A stretch of DNA of 64,000 nt, from positions 5,627,319-5,691,318 of the forward strand of contig CM082594.2 in the NCBI GenBank assembly GCA_040954595.2. Direction: 5' to 3'. Source of the DNA: Balanoglossus misakiensis (Eukaryota > Animalia > Hemichordata). A program made the position numbers and the translations under genes. Below the pieces are notes generated by a model, which was not told where the DNA came from, made no database searches, and saw nothing but the letters and a program-made list of their open reading frames with translations. Positions 51,701-62,072 of this stretch are shown here, piece by piece (within the stretch, counting starts at the first letter, position 1; every line of letters begins with the position of its first letter).

Positions 51701-54700
51701 GTCAGTGCCAGACTGGTTACCTTGGTGATGGGACTCACTGCACTGGTAAGTGTGCTTTTACGTAAAATCATTTATGTAAATGTTGTCATGGTCAAGCATA
51801 TCACAGTGAAGTCTTCTTTCTATATGCCATTGCAGTCTATAAGCATAGACATCGGAGATCTACAATTATGGTAGCGTGTCCTGTTAACACTTCTCTTTGA
51901 AAAGTTTGAATGTGAAATATTATTTGTCTCTCTCACCAGATATTGATGAGTGTCAATCCAGCAATCCTTGCCATCATCATGCTCGCTGCACTAACGTTGA
52001 TGGTGGTTTCACGTGTACCTGTTACCACAGTGCGGCCATGGCAGAGGACAGCACATGTGGAGGTAAGGAATCTATCAATCTCATCAGAAAGTTGCAGGAC
52101 AATTTATATGCTGGTTTCAAACTAACCAAATGAAGTGACTACCAATTGTTAATGTAGAGATGAGTGACGGTATTAATTTTTTGATCACATCAATGAATGT
52201 TTCTGCAAACCCCTCAACTTTGGGAAAAGCATAGTTGAGGTTTCCAGTTTATGAGAGATTCTCAAAGCATCTCACAGATGTACCTACTGTGCAACAACAG
52301 AACCTGGCAAACCTGCACAAAAGACGTTCACGGTGATGAAATTGTGAGAAATGTTTTTTGCTGTTGTAGAATACGGTGGGTATCGCAACAAGAGCATGAT
52401 GATCAAGTATAAAGAGGCTGCACTGATCAAAGCGGGCGTGGAAGTCATCCCAGTCAAGGAACTGGAAACGCCTGTTAATCTCAACATCAGCAAGATGGAG
52501 TACAACAAAACCAGGATTATGGAGATACAGACTAAGAGGACAGGTTTGTGGAAATATGTCATTTTTGTGTGAATGGGATAATCCTTATTATGAATCACAA
52601 ATTTAAATGGTATTAGCTTATACTGTCATTTCAACTGATCAATGACTGACACAGTTTGTTATTCTTTTTACCACCACACTAGTGTTGTATGCTCTGAAAG
52701 ATACCAACTACAAGTTATCGTGTTTCCCGGGTGCGCCAGAACTTATTCTGGAAGAGGATCCGGACTACATGTATCCCGACTTCTTGTGGGTGATGGATAA
52801 TAAGGAGCACCTCTCCCGGGACAGGTTCAAATCCGTGGAAGATCAGCTTTACGTCAGGAATATCCAGGCAGAGGATTCCGGAGGGTACACTTGTCATGTC
52901 AAGTATTACCACAGAGACAGTCTCCAAACCAGAGAAGTGATGTACCAGTACCTCATTGAAGGTTCATTAACTTTTTCTGTGTTTTCTTAAACTTTTTTGA
53001 AGGAAAAATCTCCATGGCCATAAACTGCAGCAGTCGATACTGTTCCAGTTGTCCTATTGGTGTCTTTCTGGAAGCAATATCAGAAAGTGGTAGCCATTTC
53101 TTGTTTGTACTTTTATCTCCCAGAAAACATTTCAACAGACAAGCGCTGACAATTGTAAAACCATCATAAGTGTTCATGAAGCTGTGGTTCTTGCAGATTG
53201 AAAAGAACAATTATTTTTCCTCTCGCAGTTTTCACTCTGCCCAAACTGAACTACCACCTTGCGCTGACCTACGCCACCGAGGGTTGCTATGACAGCCATA
53301 ACTACCAGCACAGAGAGGATTTTGTCCAGCATCTGGACGACAGTGTCTGCAACAACAACACCTGCCGAATCAGAAATTTTGAGATGAAGTGCGGCGCCCT
53401 CGAGGAGGGCGGGGAAGAGAGACAGCGACGGGAATTCCCAGGCCCAGACCAACCCGAGCATGTTCTTCATCATCTCACATTTCAGTTCTGGCTTCTTGTT
53501 GAGCCAAGTATGATAGAAATAGAAAATTGCAACCGTTCCTGCATCTTGGACCACATGAATGTTAGGATGGAAAAGGTAATTACAACACAGTCTTTATTTG
53601 CAGTAGACAAAATTGTCTAACTGGTGCCATTCTTGTCATTGTTTGTTTAGTGGTTGTATTTATATGCAGCACAACACAAGTTGTGAACTGCCTGCAAACT
53701 TACAATCAAAACCATTCTCTGAACTCTATGCACAATGATCCTTTTGCAGGCATACAACAAGCTTGAAAAGTTTGTGGCGACCGAGGAGAATTACGCTGCG
53801 AATAAAACCGTGGTGAAGGGCAAGTTTTACATCATGAAGCATTCACTCAAGCATAGCTTATATTTATCCTGCCGTGCTGGCTATGGACTTGTGCTTGACA
53901 AATGTGGTAAGTCATTTGGAAACAAACACTGAAGTACGTATTTCCCAGAAGGGAAATTAAAGTTTCACGTCTGTTTGTACACACTTTTCACATGTGAAAT
54001 TTTGGTCAATATTCTATAAACACACGCTTTTAATTTAGACAGATTTCACTGCATATACAAGTTATCCAGTGTATTTTCAATGCTGGTGTACAATTGAAAG
54101 CTTTTAATAAAAATCATGACACTCCATTCTTTGTTCTATTCCAGTTGCATGCCCGCCAGGTTCCTACAGCTCACAGGACAATTCAAGATGTCTTGAGTGT
54201 TGGAAGGGATCCTACCAGTCTGAATATTGTTCTGAGACATGTGAGCTTTGTCCGGATGAGCGTTCAACTGATAAAACTGGTGCAACGTCTCTTTCAAAGT
54301 GCAAATGTAAGTTAAATTCATCCACAGATTTGCTTTCATGTACAGTTATTATGCAAATCCAAATCCAAGAATGATGTTGTTGGTATATGACTTAAGTTTC
54401 TGTTACAATTCCGGTGTTTTTTCGCTAATAATAGTTTATGTGTTTTCTCTTCTAGCTGTTTCGACTTCAAGTTCTGTAGCTGGCAGTGTAGCCGGTGGTC
54501 TGATAGTTGCCTTCTTGGTTTTGGCTTTCGTTGTATACAAGTAAGTCTCAATTAGCAACCACATGTAGTTATCAAATTATTGAGATCGTTTTGTACCTCA
54601 TTCAACGTGGAATGCTTTGGAAGAAAGACGCCAGTACATTTGCTTCACAACTGCAAACTGTATGATGAATGATACAGTGAATATCACCAAAAATATTCAT

Positions 54701-55641
54701 TCTTCTTTTGCAGGGTTATCCGAAAGTGCTTCCGGGGATCAGCACAGGACAGAGCCCTCAAGGGAATGAAAGAAACAGTCACGGAAACACTGGACTCTGC
54801 AAAGGACACCATCAAAGGGACCGCTGATGAGATGAAGTTCAAGGCCGACATGGCAACGTCAGATGTCAAACACATGGTCAAGAAGAAACGCTTCAATCCC
54901 TTCAAAAGGAGGAGGAGGAAGCAGAAGGATAAAGGGCAAACTGAAAATCCACAAGCACAGGAGCCCGAATTTTCCTACTGGTATAGTAACGACCCCAATG
55001 ACCTGAATACGTACTACACTGAAGGCTTCTATGATGCGAACATGGAGTGGCACTATTATGAGGATGCACCGGATGTATACCGCAATATCTTCCAAATTCC
55101 GGGACTGTTTGACGAAACAAAGGAGGACGTGCCTGAAGAAACAAAGGAAGAAGTGCCTGGGGGATCACAAACAGAAGTGCCTGGGGGATCGCAAACACAC
55201 GTTGACAGGACTAAGAGCAGCTCGGCAAACAAACTGCCGTCGGGAAAGGCATCAAAATTATCAACGGGCTCCGTTAGAAGGAGTCGGACTGGGTCAGAGG
55301 GCGTCTTGCCGCCAGTCGACGACTTAGCACCGCAGAGGTCTCTGTCACATCCGCGACCTCGCTCGTCGCCGACAATGACCAGTTTGCGGACGCCAAGGAC
55401 GTCGTCCCGTGCCCTTTCCTTAACCGCTGCATCGCCAAGACATGCACCTTCCCCGACCGGGGTTTTGTCCCCACCCATGGCAGCTCCACCGCCACCACCG
55501 CTGGGGACACCACCTGCATTAATGAGCAGACCCTCATCTCCACTGGCACCCTCATCTCCGCCATCGGCACCTGCTGCACTAGCTCTGAGTCCCCCGCCAG
55601 GCCTACCTCCACCACCCCCACTAATACCCCCACCAGACTGA
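42752..55641 (+). CDS. Large single-pass mosaic membrane protein (~2032 aa, 28 coding exons): signal peptide, acidic repeats, 3 Ig-like, LamG/pentraxin-like, Ig, EGF x2, cbEGF, 2 Ig-like, cbEGF x2, Sushi, cbEGF x2, Ig, SEA-like linker, GCC2/GCC3, TM, Tyr-rich and Pro-rich cytoplasmic tail
   Basis: Phase-consistent GT-AG exons: 42752-42992, 43742-44110, 44312-44566, 44891-45008, 45120-45301, 45806-45991, 46300-46417, 46637-46891, 47143-47297, 47458-47718, 47931-48080, 48199-48345, 48609-48725, 48995-49120, 49494-49699, 50039-50201, 50357-50608, 50752-50874, 51177-51476, 51626-51745, 51940-52062, 52370-52543, 52683-52961, 53229-53575, 53750-53906, 54145-54306, 54456-54540, 54714-55641. They total 6099 nt and read open. 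Motifs: [24 protein letters not shown] signal; DxGxYxC Ig strands; [17 protein letters not shown]...WHNIVVSW...FDELVIW LamG-like; D(I/V/L)(N/D)EC cbEGF; [14 protein letters not shown] Sushi; CPPGSY...CWKGSYQ...CELCP...[11 protein letters not shown]2/3; [23 protein letters not shown]. Confidence 0.88.
42854..42968 (+). repeat. Coding 45-bp tandem repeat (AKDDEA[D/N]TEERTDKR, ~2.5 copies)
   Basis: gccaaggatgatgaagca[g/a]acacagaagaaagaacggacaagagg repeated in frame within exon 1. Confidence 0.9.
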
Positions 55642-55713
55642 AGTTTACCACCCCCACCAATATGAACAGTTTTTTCATTAATACAAATCAAAGAAACACG
55701 ACTAAACTAAGTA

Positions 55714-55719
55714 AATAAA
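55714..55719 (+). terminator. Candidate polyadenylation signal of the mosaic receptor gene
   Basis: AATAAA about 70 nt after the stop codon. Confidence 0.4.
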
Positions 55720-57929
55720 ATGGGAAAAAAATCACTGTGGATGTAAACTTTCACCAAATGTTTAAGTCGAAACTCCATTGATGAAATATGGAATTTAGTT
55801 CAACTCGGTGATTATAATCATGCAGTGGGATGATGATGTTGTGGATCAATGCAAATATCAAGAGGTGGTAACTTTGTGAGGGGATCACAAATTAAATCCT
55901 TTCTGTCAAGTGCAGTACTCAGTGGTGATGTTCTGTGAAACAGGCGTGGTGTGAATTACTGACACTGATGGGATGGTCCAGCCGCTACCAATAAATATGA
56001 CATGTTACAGCCATTTGAAGCACACAAGCTTATCAAGACATGATATGTTATTGTCTTAAATGGTGTAAACAAGGTTTTATATCCTTCAATTGAATTCTGT
56101 GAATTTCCAGGGCGCATGATGCCAAAGACTGACACAATGTAGTAATTAGAGCAACAAACTACTGTGCCATATGCCAACTTGATAACACTCGGAATATATG
56201 ACATACAACAGACAGATCCATGCCGACAAGTTGTTGCATGAAGTATCTGACCAGATTCAGATTCAGGCTCTGATTCTTGCGTAATCAGATATGAACCGAA
56301 GAAGATTCATGACAACAGTATAATATGAATCGGAGGACAAGGAGAATGTACACTTGCAGCTTTGCGATACAACTGAGTTTTATCAACACGCAACAATGTG
56401 ACACTTGTAGATCACAGACAACAGTGTGTGAAGAATCACATGTGAATATCACTGTGGCTCTTACAGAAATCAAACATCAAAAACATTATTTCAAAACTTA
56501 AAAAGTTTAAATTACGTAAGATAAAACTATATAATTTCTTGTTTGTTGTAAATTCTCTATCAAATCTGCAACAATGAAAAAGATTGTCTTGGCCAGTAAT
56601 GTAGTGTATATCCTTGAAATGTGAGTACTGATAAATGATACTTTATAATGAATGTATAAAAATATATTCACACAAGTTTTATTCATTTGTTTATTATAGG
56701 TAGAACATTCTTTTGAATGATTAAACGATTTTAATCATATCCATGATTAGGTTTGATTGCATTTTTACACATACTGTGACACAGTGACACACACATCAGT
56801 GGTAAGAAATTCTAGGGAAAGTTACATGATCAACCCCCAAATTTGTCAGATGTTTGAATAATAGTTTGTAGCTCTGCTGTTGGTAGTTCTAATAAAAACC
56901 ATTTTGATGATCACTGAAAGCATAGTTCATGTTTTTTGGATTGAAAAATCTGTATTTTGGAGGTTAGAAAGCATATAGCCTGGGACATATTTCATATGCA
57001 AATATGAATATATCACTCATCTGTCAATGTTTACCCTGCTAGCGTGTACACCAGCCAAGACTGACTCAAAGTGACAAATTCAAGTGTAATTTGGCTAAAC
57101 AATCAAATTACTTGAGTGACTGAAATCCAGTAATGTTGATCCCATAATTTGAATAACACACCCATCATTTTGGCGGATATCATATTTGAAGTCTAATATG
57201 CAAATTAATGTGCACCACTAAATGAAATATAAGACTATGGGCAGTTTGTAGTGTAAAACGTGAGATACCTACCTGTACAGAGCCCTTGGCGTGGATTAGG
57301 CTGCCGTACAAGTAGATGTCAGTCTTCGACATCCATTTTTTGCTAAAAATTTCGAAGATTTTGTGGAAATATCTAATAAAAATTCAACCGTGTGTATCTT
57401 TACTCACCTCCATGTCTAGTCGTACAACACACGTTCGAGGGCGAAAAACGAGAGCCTTCTACAATCCCTGCCGCGGCCAATGTACATGCCTGCACGTATG
57501 TCTTCAAATGACAAATTTATCATTCAGTATATATCTCAGCTTCCGTTGGTAACTATGGCTAAATTTGCATCGGTAACCGTATACTATTTCAATCTCAGCA
57601 ATATGTGTTGTCTGGGACGAACGTCGGTCTATCGGAACCCCCGTCTTCATTGCTGCGCACCCCTCTTCAAAGTGATCGCGCCCTTCAACTTTTAACCAAT
57701 CAGAAACCGTTACTGGAACGTTACGATTTCCATAGAGTGAGTGAGGCGTCCGTATTTACAAATATATTTCTAACAAACCCCTTCTTCGAGTTTTGTGCAT
57801 AGAACTTCACGGTTCTATCTCTTCGAGCGTATAAATCGGACTGTTGTATATTTAAAAACCGTACAGACAATTTAAAATGTTTTATTCTATAGATTTCGAG
57901 TTCTCGTATCTTCGCGCGTGTATTTTGAC

Positions 57930-58175
57930 CCACACTTTGTAAACGTCACAATGACAACGTGAGTTGATCACACAGAACTTTGCATAATAACGCAACTCAA
58001 CGTGCAATGGTGACGTATAACAATCACAGACCACAATGGCGACGTGAATATGCAGAAATATGCAAAACGCAGTGACGTGCCGAGGATCCGATGACGAAAA
58101 ACCTTTGTTGTTGCCAAGGTAATGTTTCTGACGAGTTGCTATTGTCCAACACACGCTTATACCGAAATCGTACAG
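57930..58175 (+). promoter_or_regulatory. Putative promoter and non-coding first exon of the creatine kinase gene
   Basis: CpG-rich stretch with several CRE half-sites (TGACG or CGTCA near 57944, 58011, 58074, 58092, 58129). It ends in a strong donor, CAG|gtaaga, at 58175/58176. A matching acceptor, ttcttccag|, lies at 58857/58858 upstream of the ATG. Confidence 0.55.
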
Positions 58176-58921
58176 GTAAGACGTATATTTCGTGCGCTCC
58201 TAAAATTCTTATTTTCAGGCCCCCAAAATTACTTATCTGACCCAAATATTACATGTTTTCGTTATCTCAGTTTCCGTGCTCCAAACGAAAGGTAACAAAA
58301 CAAAAAGTTTACCTATTTAAGAAGTTTTTCACTGAAAATTACTAAACCCAAACTTTTACTCGCCGTACACACTGAGAATACCAAAGTTCTTTTATCAACT
58401 TTGCAGAACAGTAATAATCATTTTTAATGAGGATTTTCTCAACCTTTTCCCTTTACCAAGTGCTTCACTCCATTTACAAATTTTCTTTGTGATTATTTCT
58501 AAAATTTCCTTTCCGTCATAATTGCATTTCTACTTTCTACCCATGTCACAAACAATAGTTTTTCCAAATCCACATGCATTATCATTAGTTGAGAGATTTG
58601 TCAACTATTTTTGTCAAAGCTAAGCTTTATATTTGTCCACTTTTTCTCTGTATTCTCACTTTTGATGTTGATATCCATTTTAATGGTGTAAGTCTCTTGT
58701 CTTTTCTTACGTTTTTATCACCCATTAAGTTTATTTTTCAATTCGTGCAGAGGGCAAACTGGTCCAAATTTCTGTAGTAATACTTACCAACAGACTCATT
58801 AGCAAGCACATTTAATTTCATATCATCAGTGTTGACTTCGAATTCTTTTTCTTCCAGATTTTGAACCTTTCAGAAACCCTCTTTGGCTTCGTTGATTTCT
58901 TGAGTCTCGCTCCGTATCACC

Positions 58922-61571
58922 ATGGCAACAATGATGCTGAGTCGCCTGGCTGGCAAAGCCTCCAAGCTGACCTTGGCCGCGGCCGTCGGTGCCGCCACGC
59001 TCACCGTTGGCTCGGGCGCCTACTACATGAATCAGCAGCACAGCGCTGAGACGAGGAAGGTCATCGCCTATCCGCCCTCCGCCAACTACCCCGACCTGTC
59101 CAAGCACAACAACCACATGGCTCGATGCCTGACCCCGGAGATCTACGCCAAGTTGTACGACAAGGCGACGCCCAACGGATACACGCTGGACGACTGCATC
59201 CAGACCGGCGTCGACAACCCTGGACATCCATTCATCATGACTGTTGGCATGGTAGCCGGGGATGAAGAAAGCTATGATGTAAGGCGTAGCTTTTTTAAGT
59301 TAGTCGTCATACAGCAATACATTGCAATTGCAATTTATGATTTGTTGCAGTACACATTCTGTAATAGGTGTGGAGCTCTGACATCACAAAGATTGATTTG
59401 TATCAAATATGAATGCAGTTTCAAAGTTTCCAGGAGGAATTTTTGTGATACCCATGCTCTATTTTAAAATGTGTGTTTTCAGTTCTAATGATCTATGCTT
59501 GAGGCACGTACTACCTTAATCACTATTTTGTACTCCTTACTTATTTTAGGTCTTTGCCGATTTGTTTGACCCTGTCATTGATGACCGCTTCAACGGCTAC
59601 CCCAAGGACGCCATTCACCCGACTGACATGGACGCTTCCAAGATCAAGGGCGGTGTCTTCGACGGCAAGTACGTGCTGTCATCCCGTGTGCGTACTGGCC
59701 GCTGCATCCGTGGTCTTAGTCTGCCTCCTGCATGTAACCGCGCTGAGAGACGCCAAGTCGAGCAAGTAAGTTCTCATTGTGGTGTTTAACCCTATCACCC
59801 CCTTTTCCTTGTATAGAGGTCCAACTTCACCACAGGAAACAATGGGTTTGGACCAATGAACAATGGGGAAATGGTTAATATCAATTGACTTGAGTCGCAA
59901 TTGGTGAAAAAGGAAAACATTATTTTGATCTGAAATTTTTAATATTTTGACTTTTTATGCAGGGTTGGTCCAGTGTTGTCATTGTTGTTCATGTAGCTAT
60001 GCTGTTGTTTAAATGTGCTAATGAGGTGCTAACCCAAGGCTGACCTTGGGCTACCCCAGAGCCAACCCAGTTGGAAGGATACGAGTTCTGATCTGTACTG
60101 CATGTGTAACCTCTGATATCATTGAACTTTACAGGTGGCCACTGAAGCTTTGGCTGGATTGACCGGTCACCTGCAGGGCAAGTATTTCCCGCTGGGGACG
60201 ATGACCGAGGAGGAACAGCAGCAGATGATCGACGACCACTTCCTGTTCGACAAACCCGTCTCTCCCTTGCTGACCTCTGCCGGCATGGCTCGCGACTGGC
60301 CCGATGCTCGCGGTATCTGGTAAGCAATAGTCCTTGGTGTGCCCATAAAAGGAAGCAACTTTGGCTCACACGTTTTCAATATTTCTGTTCTGGTATTAAA
60401 GGACCAGTACTGTCTTCTCAATTTTTATGTTCTAGTATTAAAGGGCCAGTACCGTCTGTTACTTAACTTCTGGCTATTTTTTTCAGTATTGTGTATTAGC
60501 ATCTGCATGTACTTTTCCTTCTAGGCATAACCTGGAGAAGAATTTCCTGGTCTGGATCAACGAGGAGGATCACACTCGCATCATCTCCATGGAGAGAGGC
60601 GGAAACATGCGCAAAGTTTTCCAGCGTTTCTGCGATGGCATCAACAAGGTAAAAAGGACAGTCAATCCTGTGTTAGTGGCCACCTCTATATAGTGGCCAC
60701 TGTGATGGTCCCTGTGCAGCTAACATGTACATTAATTGGCCTGTCTGTAAAGGTCAGTCACTTGGGTGGGAAGACACATGTTTAATCTCTTGTCTTTCTC
60801 TCTCTCTCAGGTTGAAGAACTGATCAAGGCAAAAGGCTGGGAATTCATGTGGAGTGAGCATCTTGGTTACATCCTGACCTGTCCATCAAACTTGGGTACT
60901 GGGCTGCGCGCTGGCGTGCACCTCAAAATCCCCCGTATGGCCAAGGTATACCAACTTTGTTGGCTGGTTTTGAGTTTGTTTTGTCCCATAGGCGATCAGT
61001 CAGGTCTTTCAGTGTTTATTGAGATCAAAAGTGCCAATTTTGAATGCAATTAACCATCCTTTGTCCTTCTTGATTGCAGCATCCCCGATTTGAAGAGATC
61101 TTGGAGAATTTGCGTTTGCAGAAACGTGGCACTGGTGGTGTGGACACCGCCGCGACTGGTGATACCTTCGACATCTCCAATATGGATCGTCTGGGCCAGT
61201 CTGAGGTGGGTACAGATCACAAGCGTCCGACATCAAAACCACTACACCTGTAACTCAATTCCGCTTGTAGAATATGTAGTGTAAGACCAGCTGTTGGGGT
61301 TCAGTAGAGTACATCCCTCCAGTATGTGGTTTGCTTGGAGTGTCAATTGTCTTAGTTTAACCCGATTTTGTGGTGGTGGTGGTGGGGTGAGGGGTCCTAA
61401 GTAAAAGTGCCAGTAAGAAGTCATAATGTAAATCTACTTGTCATTTTCTTTTAGGTCCAACTGGTGCAACGTGTCATCGATGGCGTGGACTTGTTGATCA
61501 AGATGGAGAAGGAACTGGAGAAGGGACGCCGCATTGATGGCCTGGTGCCAAAACCAATCTCCAAAGCTTAA
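58922..61571 (+). CDS. CKMT: Mitochondrial creatine kinase (419 aa with N-terminal transit peptide), 7 coding exons
   Basis: Exons 58922-59278, 59550-59765, 60135-60319, 60525-60648, 60811-60945, 61080-61205, 61455-61571 (1260 nt, open frame). CK motifs: [76 protein letters not shown]. The basic, Ala/Leu-rich leader lacks acidic residues, typical of a mitochondrial targeting sequence. Confidence 0.95.
59786..59878 (-). mobile_element. Second copy of the TTAA MITE, inverted, in a creatine kinase intron
   Basis: Aligns by eye to the reverse complement of 19433-19527 (ttaaccct..cacccc...tataga.ggtc...gaaacaat.gg.tttggacca...ggttaa). Confidence 0.6.
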
Positions 61572-61719
61572 ATGGAGAGGCGGCGGGAAATATACAGTTC
61601 ACCTGGACACTGCATTTTACAGTGAAACTTGACAATTGTTATAACACCTGCATTGAATTTAATGGATTGGATGAAAACATCTTGAAGTTCGGTGGCTGTA
61701 TAAATTGAAATGTGAGAGG

Positions 61720-61725
61720 AATAAA
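61720..61725 (+). terminator. Candidate polyadenylation signal of creatine kinase
   Basis: AATAAA about 150 nt after the stop, followed by a GT/T-rich downstream element. Confidence 0.5.
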
Positions 61726-62072
61726 ATCGCTGGAATCACAGTTTGTGTAGCATCTTGTGTTTGTTTTTCTCCCAGTTCTGTCTTATAACATGCTGCTTTC
61801 TGGGTAATTCGGGGTTCCCAGGGTGCCATGACCATCCTTCATGATTCTCTACATTATTCACTATCGTATAACAAAACAAGTCTATTGCACCTGACGATTG
61901 TTCATGTATAAAACTTCCTTGCTTAGAACACAGTCACTCTGAAGTCACTCGAAGTCAGTTGTCCCGTACTGTACACATCAGTAGAAGAATAGAATACTGG
62001 ATGATTCACCCATTGGGGGCGCTCTTCTATTCTACCAAGTCGAATCTCGGTCCATTTTCGTCCCTCTCTTTG

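Noticed and set aside
55056-55691. 211-aa Gly-rich ORF on the minus strand
   Set aside because: It is the antisense shadow of the Pro/Ser-rich last exon of the receptor gene.
58826-59227. 133-aa minus-strand ORF
   Set aside because: It is antisense to the GC-rich first coding exon of creatine kinase.
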